Shown here: piece after piece, positions 12,715 to 22,376 of the stretch
How positions within the stretch are numbered: the stretch's first letter is position 1
Layout: every line of letters starts with the position of its first letter
Assembly: GCF_006345805.1 (NCBI RefSeq)
Contig: NC_043009.1
Coordinates: 9,672,001-9,736,000 of the forward strand
DNA length: 64,000 nucleotides
DNA from: Octopus sinensis
Lineage: Eukaryota
Reading direction: 5' to 3'
The notes under the pieces: generated by a model
Told to the model about the DNA's origin: nothing
The model's input: only the letters and a program-made list of their open reading frames with translations
Database searches by the model: none
Made by a program: the position numbers and the translations under genes

Positions 12715-13802
12715 GATATGTATATATATTATTATATATATGATATATGGATATGTATGTGTATTATAATATATATATATATATATATATATGGATATGT
12801 ATTATATATATATCATTCATTTAACATCCGCTTTCCATGCTAGCATGGGTTGACGGTTCAACTGGGGTCTGGGGAGCCCGAAAGCTGCACCAGTCCAGTC
12901 AGATCTGGCAGTGTTCTACAGCTGGATGCCCCTTCCTAACGCCAACCACTCCGAGAGTGTAGTGGGTGATTTTATGTGCCACCGACCACAGGTGCCAGAC
13001 GAGGCTGGCAACGGCCACGGGCTCGGATGGTGTTTTTTATGTGCCACCGACACAGGTGCCAGACGAGGCTGGCAGACGGCCACGCTCGGATGGTGTTTTT
13101 TATGTGCCAACGACACAGGTGCCAGACGAGGCTGGCAGACGGCCACGCTCGGATGGTGTTTTATGTGCCACCGACACAGGTGCAAGACAAGGCTGGCAGA
13201 CGGCCCCGCTCGGATGGTGTTTTTATGTGCCACCGACACAGGTGCCAGATGAGGCTGGCAAACGGCCACGATCGGATGGTGCTTGTTACGTGCCACAGCC
13301 CGGAGGGCCAGTCGATGCGGTATGGCTACGGCCCACGTTCGGATGGTTTTCTTATGTGCACGTGCCACCGGCACTGGTACCACAAAGATACAAATTCCAT
13401 TGATGTTCATCTATTTTGATTTGTTTTGATTTTCACGTGCCTCAACAGGTCTTCACAGTGGTCACAAGAAGGAAGGTATGCACAGGTGGACTGACTACGT
13501 CCCAGGTCGGGGGCCATGGGTTATGGCCTGACTAGTCTTCGGATGGTGTTTTATGTGCCACCGACACAGGTGCTAGATGAGGCTGGCGAACGGCCACGAT
13601 CGGATGGTGTTTGTCATGTGCCCACCGCACTGACTTACGGCACTGATGGATTTCTTGTGTGCCACAGGCACTGGTACCACAAGATACAAATTCCATTGAT
13701 GTTCAATCTATTTGTCTATTGTGATTTGATTTGATTATTTTCACTGCCTCACCGGTCTTCACAAGTGTCACAAGAAGAATATATATATATAGGATATGTA
13801 TA

Positions 13803-13837
<35 letters not shown>

Positions 13838-14090
13838 GGATATGTATGTGTATTATATATATATAGATATGTATGTGTATTATATATATATAGATATGTA
13901 TGGTATTATATATATATATATATATATATATGGATATGATTATATATATATATGGATATGTATGTGTATTATATATATATATAATATATATATATATATA
14001 TAGATATGTATGGTATTATATATTATATAGTATGTATTTGTATTATATATATATATGAGATATGTATGTGTATTATATATATATATAATA
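12378..14090. repeat. Compound minisatellite (GGATATGTATGTGTATTA plus (TA)n) interrupted by an RTE tail
   Basis: The unit recurs on both sides of 12812-13780. Confidence 0.8.
12812..13780 (-). mobile_element. RTE 3' tail with about five tandem ~60-bp repeats
   Basis: Reverse complement of the tail at 4790-5220; the unit GATGGTGTTTTTTATGTGCCACCGACACAGGTGCCAGACGAGGCTGGC is repeated. Confidence 0.85.
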
Positions 14091-14260
14091 AATATTAGGG
14101 AATAAATCCAAATTTACAGGGAAAAAAAAGATTAGGATTAAATCCAATTTATAGTAAAATATTATATAATATTATTAGAGACAAAACCACTATTTTGCAA
14201 AACAAACAAGGAAAGACTTAATCAATACATAAAATTTAATAATAAAAAGTCAAAAAACCG

Positions 14261-14302
14261 CCACTACATTGTTTCTTGTCCTGATCGACAATCTTCAGGT
14301 GG
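14261..14302 (-). ncRNA. Minimal type I hammerhead ribozyme (PLE type), inverted copy
   Basis: Minus strand reads CCAC-CTGAAGA-TTGTC-GATCAG-GACAA-GAAAC-AAT-GTA-GTGG. Confidence 0.75.
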
Positions 14303-14352
14303 ACTTCCAATTTCAAGTTTCAAATTTGAAACTGACTTGAAAATTGGAAGTC

Positions 14353-14394
14353 CCACCTGAAGATTGTCGATCAGGACAGAAACAATTGTAGTGG
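14353..14394 (+). ncRNA. Minimal type I hammerhead ribozyme (PLE type)
   Basis: Stem I CCAC/GTGG; CTGAAGA at 14357-14363; stem II TGTC/GACA; GAAA at 14379-14382; palindromic stem III ACAATTGT; GUA cleavage triplet at 14388-14390. Confidence 0.8.
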
Positions 14395-14484
14395 CGGTTT
14401 TTTTTGACTTTATTAAAATTTTATGTATTGATTAAGTCTTTCTTGTTGTTTTGCAAAATAGTGGTTTTGTCTCTAATAATATTT

Positions 14485-14536
<52 letters not shown>

Positions 14537-15694
14537 GATATGTATGTGTATTATATATATAGGTAGGATACTCTGGCACCACAGAGTATCCTACCATAGC
14601 ATACAACTCGGCTTCTTTCCCCCCACCACCGCCACACACTAGCAACTGTGTCTTCTTTACTACTCTTGCTACTCACTGCCCCTACCCGGCAGCATCCCTC
14701 TATCTCAATTATGTCGGCAGTAGTCATTACAATGGTGAGCACCTAAACCAATTGAGGGATGATATCTTCATAATGATACCATAAGTATTGGTATGAGATG
14801 AAGGAGGATCAGGTTTTGATAAATAAGATAAAATCATGAATTTGAGGAAATTGGTAACAGTGTGGTGGCAGCATTTAGTGAATAAGAGAGTCGTGGGAGA
14901 GTTTCTGAGGAAGTTCTGTTGATATGAAGGTGTGGTGATGACTGGACAACCATCTGTTTTTGCATATTTGGTCTTTCATCAAAGAGTAAGGAGAGAGAGA
15001 GTTAGAGAGAGAGAGAGAGAGGATAGAGAGAGAGATAGAGAGAGAGGACAGAAAGCGAGAGACAGGCGAGAGAGAGAGGGAGAGGAGAGGAGACAAAGAG
15101 AGAGAGGGAGTGAGAGGCAGAGGAGTGTCGAGTGTTTGAGAGAGAGGATGATGTGGAATTTTGGAGGAGTCAGTGACAAAAGTAGTTGGGTGTAGTGTGA
15201 GAGAGAAAGGACGGAGAGTGATGGTCCTTGTGTGGTTGTGTGAGAGAGATGGAGTGTGAGAGAGAAATGGAGAGTGGTTGTGAAGAGAGAAGAGATGAAT
15301 ACAGAGGAGAATGGGTGAGAGAGAGAGAGAGAGATGGAGGGAGAGAGAGTGTGAGAAAGAAAGAAAGACAGGTACAGAGCAAACCGTTCCAAAACAAAAA
15401 CTTCTATGGGATAATTGCTTTAAAAATGAGGCCAATTAATTAACATAATTTTTCTGCTGTGATTTGGGATGGTGCTTATTTATTTTTCCTTTCGAAATAA
15501 GGATTTTATACATTTTATACTCATTCTTCGCTTTAAGGAGACACATGGGATGGAAAGTAGCTGAAGAAGTCACAGGACATGTGACAAAAGATTTCAGACA
15601 AAGGACACCTAAATAAGAAAAAATAATAAAGCTGAGTGATTATATAGTTAATGCCTGTCTTTAATTGTGGGAAAAAAAAAAATTAATGACCAAT

Positions 15695-16322
15695 GTAGGA
15701 GTGGCTGTGTGGTAAGTAGCTTGTTTACCAACCACATGGTTCCGGGTGCAGTCCCACTGCATGGCACCTTGAGGAACTGTCTTCTGCTATAGCCTCAGGC
15801 CGACCAAAGCCTTGTGAGTGGATTTGGTAGACAGAAACTGAGCTTGGCAGAACCGTTAGCACGCCGGACGAAATGCTTAGCAGTATGTTGTCTGTCTTTA
15901 CGTTCTGAGTTCAAATTCCGCCGAGGTCAACTTTGCCTTTCATCCTTTCGGGGTCGATTAAATAAGTACCAGTTACGCACTGGGGTCGGTATAATCGACT
16001 TAATCCGTTTGTCTGTCCTTGTTTGTCCCCTCTTTGTGTAGCCCCTTGTGGGCAATAAAGAAATAAACTGAAAGAAGCCCGTTGTAGATATGTATATATA
16101 TGAGTGTATATGTTTGTGTGTCTGTGTTTGACCCCCCCAACATCGCTTGACAACCGATGCTGGTGTGTTTATGTCCCGTAACTTAGCGGGTGGCAAAAGA
16201 GACCGATAGAATAAGTACTAGGCTTACAAATTTTAAGTCCTGGGGTCGATTTGCTCGACTAAAGGTGGTGCTCCAGCATGGCCACACTCAAATGACTGAA
16301 ACAAGTAAAAGAGTAAAAGAGA
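15695..16322 (+). mobile_element. GGAGTGGCTGTGTGGTAAG-family SINE interrupted by a second SINE
   Basis: The host SINE resumes after the insert at 15842-16064, which is flanked by the duplication AAACTGA (15835-15841 and 16065-16071). Confidence 0.85.
15842..16064 (+). mobile_element. GGCGAGCTGGCAGAA-family SINE nested in another SINE
   Basis: Matches 9342-9575; 7-bp TSD AAACTGA. Confidence 0.85.
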
Positions 16323-16916
16323 TCCCAGGAAATAGGACAAAATCTATTTCAACACATGATTTCACATCAGGAATCTTGGGATGGAGAACCACTGAAGAGG
16401 TCAGTGCATTTGTTTATTCAAGTGGGTGAGTGGGTGTATAAGAACATCTGTTACAACTGCACTTACTTCACATGAGAAATCCTGCAAAGCAAATGCATTT
16501 TCTGTTTTTGCTTAGAAACAATTCACTCACTGTAAACCACTCCCAAACAAAAAATAAATAAATAAATAAAACAAACATTAAAAAAGAATAAAGATCAATG
16601 ATGTCATGAAACCAGTAAGGAGTGGCGTCTCTAGATGGGTTACTCTATCTTGCAGAAGTAGCAATGAAATTCCCTCAAATTACACACTACTGCATTAATA
16701 AAACAAGCACTTTGAACGAATCAGGTCAGCTAGAAAAGAAAAAGAAACTACGAAGGGGTGCTGAAAAGTTCCTGGCTTTAAGGGTATTGTGAAAGGCCTG
16801 GTCGAAGGCCCAACCTTCTGAGTTCTTTCCCAGTTTAGAAAATTTGAAGGACTGCTGCAATAAGTTGTGAATCTGAGAGGAAAATATGTTGAATAAAATC
16901 ATAATTACATGCTACT

Positions 16917-16956
16917 CCAGACTGATGATGAGCAAGACTCAGAAACTAGTCTCTGA
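16917..16956 (+). ncRNA. Type I hammerhead ribozyme, copy 1
   Basis: CCAGA-CTGATGA-TGAG-CAAGA-CTCA-GAAAC-TA-GTC-TCTGA; predicted cleavage after C16951. Confidence 0.85.
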
Positions 16957-17267
16957 ATACAGGCTTAGTTGGGTGGGGGTGCTTGTCTCCCCCTTGTAAA
17001 CATAAGGACACAGGAAATGTATCAAGGCCGACAGGAAGCGTCGATGTTTCCTAGGGTTAAATTGCAGTGGTGTGATTCCCTTCATGGGACTGTCACATTA
17101 AGTTGACTGTATACAACTACTCTATCATACCACTACTGCTTATATCTCTCTGAGATATTTAGAAATGTAATATTTCTATTTTTTGTAATCAGTGGATTTA
17201 TTTCACTAGAATTCTTATATGTTTACCAGGCCTAGACAAGCATCTCCAGCTAGCAGGCCATGCTACT

Positions 17268-17307
17268 CCAGACTGATGACGAACAAGGCTCAGAAACTAG
17301 TCTCTGG
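17268..17307 (+). ncRNA. Type I hammerhead ribozyme, copy 2
   Basis: CCAGA-CTGATGA-CGAACAAGGCTCA-GAAAC-TA-GTC-TCTGG; perfect stem I CCAGA/TCTGG; predicted cleavage after C17302. Confidence 0.85.
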
Positions 17308-17618
17308 CTGCAGGCTTAGCTGGGTGGAGGTGCTTGTCTCCCCCTTGTAAACATAAGGACACAGGAAATGTATCAAGGCCGACAGGAAGCGTCGATGTTT
17401 TCTAGGGTTAAATTGCAGTGGTGTGATTCCCTTCACGGGACTGTCACATTAAGTTGACAGTATACAACTACTCTATCATACCACTACTGCTTATATCTCT
17501 CTGAGATATTTAGAAATGTAATATTTCTATTTTTTGTAATCAGTGGATTTATTTCACTAGAATTCTTATATGTTTACCAGGCCTAGACAAGCATCTCCAA
17601 CTAGCAGGCCATGCTACT

Positions 17619-17658
17619 CCAGACTGATGACGAACAAGGCTCAGAAACTAGTCTCTGG
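17619..17658 (+). ncRNA. Type I hammerhead ribozyme, copy 3
   Basis: Same motif as copy 2; predicted cleavage after C17653. Confidence 0.85.
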
Positions 17659-18639
17659 ATGCAGGTTTAGCTGGGTGCTTGTCTCCCCCTTGTAAACATA
17701 AGGACACAGGAAATGCATCAAGGCCGACAGGAAGTGTCGATGCTTCCTAGGGCTAAATAGCGATGGTGTGATTCCCTTCATGGGACTGTCACATTAAGTT
17801 GACAGTATACAACTACTCTATAATTAATTGATCCTCCTCTATTTTCTTTTACCCAAAGCCAGGAACTTTTCAGTACCCCCTTGTACACACTCCTTTAGTA
17901 AAACTATAATCTTTGCATTAGAGGAAATCCATTATCATTATACCTAAAATATAAGGATTAACCAGCCACTAACTTGGATTTATTTACGGAAAATTTTATT
18001 CAATTTGACAGACAACTGTAAAATTGTAACATAATAGAGATGAATAAATCTATCAAAAAACTTAAGTTATTAGCATTTAAACTGGCCATTGGATTGGTCT
18101 GCCCATGTTCAATTCATTGTGGGACAAAGCCCTCAGCCATGTTCTCTCCATCAACATGAATTTGAGATTGAGCTCATACTAGTTTGATGAGTCTATTCTG
18201 CCACACTGGCATGGCATGACTTGGCAGAAGGGTGCAACTTTTATAGGAGTAGCTACGTTGATTACATTGACCCCAGTGCTCAACTGGTACTTAATTTATT
18301 GACTCCAAGAGGATAAAAGGAAAAGTCGTCCTTGGCAGAATTTGAACCCTGAACAGACCAAGTATTTCGCAAGGTGTGTAAAAAATTCTGCCAGTTTGCT
18401 ACTTTATCTGGCCCAGATATTCACCCTGTTACATGTTCAAAGCAGCTGGATCCAGTTTCTCACAGCCATCTTACAAATTTGTTCTAAAAATTATCAGTCA
18501 GAACATCGAAATCTTGAAGCCATAAGATAATGCAAGACTAATTTTAAAATAAATGTAAATAATAAGAATTATATTTGACAGAGTAATGTGAATGCTAAAG
18601 GGTGTATTTGTTGTCTTATATTTCGTTTTTGGATTTGGT

Positions 18640-20007
18640 TTGCAAAATTGTTTATGTGAGTTTGTTTGTTGAAGCATATTCTGCTGTGTCTGGGGAGAGT
18701 CATTTTCTTTTTGCGACTTATAATTTAACACACTCACCGGTAAAATTTCCACTTATTTCTTATTTTTATTTTCCTAAAATTTTCGTTGCGTCTTGCAACC
18801 TTTTCAATAGTCCTGACTCTGTCCGTTACTTAAACTGCGTTCTTTTTTGTCTGTTTGTGCGCATGTGTGTGGGTGTGTCTATGCATGCATGTACATATGT
18901 ATGCATGTGTGTGTATGCATGTGTATCTGTATGTATGTATTCTGCATATTTATGTGCTTGCCTGTCCGTGTTTGTGTATTTTTTTATGTGTGTGTGAGTG
19001 TGTGTTTGTATATATGTATGCACCTCTGTCAGTGTTCATGTGTGTGTGTGTGTTTTGCAACTATGTACCATGTTTGTATGTACAGATGTGCATCTTTATA
19101 TGTGTGGACTTGTGTCTCCATATCCAAGCACCCAAAAGACCCAATACTCAGAGAAATACGGGAGTACGTCCTTATAGATGAAACTTCCCCGATACTAAAT
19201 AGGAAATATACACAATAAATACCATACCTCCATACCCACAGTTTACACAGGTAGCGTAAAATAGTTAGTGGGCTGTTACGTAGACAGATGTATGTATGTG
19301 TGTATATACACATGTATGTAAGCATATGGATATGAAAATAAACAGATCAACGTACAGACGGATAGGTACATAGGTTATATGAACAGACAAGCGCACATAC
19401 GCAAATGGAGACTGAAGCACGTGACCATATATACACACACACTTTACTTCACACAAGGACACATATGGAGACACGGGTCCACACATATAGAGATGCACAT
19501 CTGTACATACAAACATGGTACATAGTTGCATAACACACACACACACACACACACAAGGAGACAGAGGTGCATACATATACAAACACACGCTCACACACAC
19601 ACACATACATAGAAAATACACAAACATGGACATGCAAGCACATGAATATGCAGAATACATACATACAGATGCACACACATGCATACATATATACACATGC
19701 ATACACACACATGTATACACACACATGCATACATACATACACACATACATGCATTCATAGGCACACACACACACAAACATACATAGAAACTACACAAACA
19801 CAGACATGCAAGCACATGAATATGCAGAATACATACATACAGATGCACACACATGCATACATATATATACACATGCATACACACACATGCATACATACAT
19901 GCATGCATGTATAGGCACACACACACACACACACTGACCCACACACATGCGCACAAACAAACAAAAAGGAATGCAGTGTAAATAACGGACAGAGTCAAGG
20001 CTATTGT
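18640..20007 (+). mobile_element. Penelope-like element 3' stub (GIY-YIG C-terminus) with an inverted terminal repeat
   Basis: About 19125-19218 encodes KHPKDPILREIREYVLIDETSPILNRKYTQ*, matching the R.I.E...I....P.LN end of PLE endonucleases; arms at about 18805-19125 and 19465-20007 are inverted. Confidence 0.65.
18774..18810 (-). ncRNA. Minimal hammerhead-like motif, U3-A8 core variant
   Basis: Minus strand reads CTA-TTGAAAA-G-GTTGC-AAGAC-GCAAC-GAAA-ATT-T-TAG; stem I is only 3 bp. Confidence 0.45.
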
Positions 20008-20102
20008 TGTCTTCAGTTATGTCTCAATGGCCTGTACATTAAATTTCATATGCCACACTACTTTTTAATGATAGTTCAATCAGTAAAAGTAGTTTGTGGT
20101 AA

Positions 20103-20415
20103 GGAGCACTCCGTCAGTTACGACGACGAGGGTCCCCGCTGATATGATCAATGGAACAGCTTGCTCGTGAAATTAACATGCAAGTGACTGAGCAATCCAC
20201 AGACACGTGTACCCCTAACGTAGTTCTCAGGGAGATTCAGCGTGACAAGGCTGGCCTTTTGAAATACAGGTACTACACATTTTTGCCAGCTGAATGGACT
20301 GGGGCAACGTGAAATGAAGTGTCTTGCTCAAGGACACAACGCATCGCTGGGAATCGAACTCACGACCTTACAATCGTGAGCCGAATGCCCTAACCACTAA
20401 GCCACGCGCCTTCAC
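20103..20415 (-). mobile_element. tRNA-derived CORE-like SINE with 13-bp TSD
   Basis: Minus-strand head GTGAAGGCGCGTGGCTTAGTGGTTAGGGC...GAGTTCGATTCCC; TSD TAGTTTGTGGTAA at 20090-20102 and 20416-20428. Confidence 0.9.
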
Positions 20416-21052
20416 TAGTTTGTGGTAAATGACACTAATCACTGATGAGTTTGTTTGCCAAGTCAATAAAATGGATTTTCTCCCATTCTCTTTTTCCTGA
20501 GGATAATAATTTCATCTGCAAATGCTCAGATATAAATGGAATTACATCACTCTACATCCCTCACTCGTATCTGCTTTGAATTTCAAAAGAAAACTCAATC
20601 TACCACTCAGTGAAACACCATCACCTGGCTGACTCTTGGATGTCTTGAGACAGATTCCTACAAGTCTGGAAGGCCCTGAAAAGAGTCTTGGGGATTGCCC
20701 TTCTTCTTCTAATTAAGCATTAATAAAAGATAATAAAAAAGAAAGGGGTATGTAATGAAGGTATACTCAGCCCTTCTTTTATCATTTGTCTGTTTCATTC
20801 ATTGAATTGTGAGCAGGCTGGTACTTATTCTATCAGCTTCTTTTGTGGAACTGCTTATGGGAACATAAACAAACCAACACCAGTTGGTAAGTGGTGAGAG
20901 GCAGCCACAAAGATGCACTGAACAAATCAACCCCAGTACTTATTTTTTAAGCTTAATACTTCTATTGGTCTCTTATACCAAACTGTTATGTTACAGGGGA
21001 CATAAACAAACAAACACCAGTTGTCAAGCAGTGGTGAGGGACAAACACAAAG

Positions 21053-22175
21053 ACGGGGGTGGTTGCTCTGAGAGTGTAGTGACCAGAGTAAGAATAGCCT
21101 GGGCAAAGTTCAGGGAGCTCTTACCTCTGCTGGCAACTAAGGGCCTCTCGCTCAGGGTGAAAGGTAGACTGTATGAGGCATGTGTGTGAACTGCCATGCT
21201 ACACAGCAGTGAAATATGAGCCATGAATGCTGAGGACATGCATAAGCTTGAAAGAAATGAAGCTAGTATGATCCGCTGGATGTGTAATGGCAGTGTGCAT
21301 ACACAACAGAGTGTAAGCGCCCCGAGAGAAAAATTGGGCCTAAGAAGCATCAAATGTGGTGTGCAAGAGAGGCGACATGTGTTATGTATGAATAAAGGCA
21401 GCTGTGTGAGGAAGTGCCACTCCCTAACTGTAGAAGGAACCTGTGGAAAAGGTAGACCCAGGAAGACATGCGGTGAGGTGGTGAAGCATGACCTTCAAAC
21501 ATTGGGCCTCCCAGAGGCAATGACAGGAGACCAGGACCTTTGGAGATACGCAGTGATTGAGAAAACCCAGAAATTAAAGTGAGATCACAGCCATGCATGT
21601 CCAGCTCTGTTAAGAATACTCCTGATGCATCGGGCAATATGATATGCTTGAGAAGACCTGTTGAGTCAAGTAAAACCAATATAATAGCTGGAGCCGGTGC
21701 CCCCTGACTGGCTCCTGTGCCAATGGCACGTAAAATGTGCCATCCAAACGTGGTCGATGCCATGTCCACCTGACTGGCTCCTGTGCCTGTGGTACATAAA
21801 AAGCACCATCCGAACATGTTTGTTATCAGGCCCGCCTTACTGGCTCCGGTGCCAATGGCATGTAAAAAGCACCAACCAATTGTGACTGATGCCAGTACCC
21901 CCTAACTAACTCCTGTGCTGGTGGTATGTAAAAAGCACCATCTGAATGTGATCATTGCCAGGCCCACCTTACTGGCTCCTGTGCCAGTGGCATGTAAAAA
22001 GCACCCACTACTCTCTCAGAGAGGTTAGCGTGAGGAAAGCATCCAGCTATAGAAACTCTGCCAGACCAGATTGGAGCCTGGTGCAGCCACTGGTTCTCCA
22101 GACCCCAGTCAAACCGTCCAACCCATGCCAGCTTGGAAAATGGACTTTAATTGATGATGATGATGATGATGATGA
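21053..22175 (+). mobile_element. 5'-truncated RTE LINE with a complete 3' tail
   Basis: Encodes RVRIAWAKFRELLPLL...KGRLYEACV and GKGRPRKT, followed by tandem 3' UTR repeats and (GAT)n. Confidence 0.9.
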
Positions 22176-22376
22176 TATATACATTTTTTGGTATCAGCAC
22201 CAAACAGTGTTTAGGGATAAGTGAATTTTAGGTTAGTTAAAATACCTTTGTTGCATATTTCAACTTCTAAAGGCAAATTTACTGCAGTTATTATAGAGAA
22301 AAAATTTGCCCGTATGGTTAAAGGTGTAAAAAACCATATGTGTCTAGCACTGCACCCCAATATATATATATATATA

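Larger units (their letters stand above)
14163..14490. mobile_element. Head-to-head PLE pseudo-LTR palindrome with a hammerhead on each strand
   Basis: Arms of about 160 bp are inverted around a centre near 14324; each arm contains CCAC-CTGAAGA...GAAAC...GTA-GTGG. Confidence 0.75.
16908..17819 (+). mobile_element. Candidate non-LTR retrozyme: about 2.6 tandem 351-bp units, each with a type I hammerhead
   Basis: CTGATGA cores at 16922, 17273 and 17624 (exact 351-bp period); flanked by the duplication ATAATTA (16901-16907 and 17820-17826); non-coding and rich in hairpins. Confidence 0.85.
16751..17883. mobile_element. Tc1/mariner-type MITE (host of the hammerhead array)
   Basis: TIRs CGAAGGGGTGCTGAAAAGTTCCTGGCTTT and AAAGCCAGGAACTTTTCAGTACCCCCTTG, with TA on both sides (16749-16750 and 17884-17885); about 215 bp without the insert. 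Confidence 0.85.

Noticed and set aside
12960-13300. Regularly spaced repeats superficially like a CRISPR array (also 16908-17819 and 48781-49515)
   Set aside because: Eukaryotic context, no unique spacers and no cas genes; these are tandem repeats of retroelement origin.
10103-14003. Numerous YI/CV/HT-rich ORFs (also near 19000, 42300, 44000 and 51200)
   Set aside because: These are translations of (TA)n, (CA)n and (TACA)n microsatellites.
14875-15435. 186-aa S/L-rich ORF
   Set aside because: Derived from a GA/CT low-complexity tract.
20340-20415. tRNA-like sequences (also 42870, 45700, 51210 and 10000)
   Set aside because: They are SINE heads continuous with SINE bodies, some with TSDs; no complete cloverleaf.
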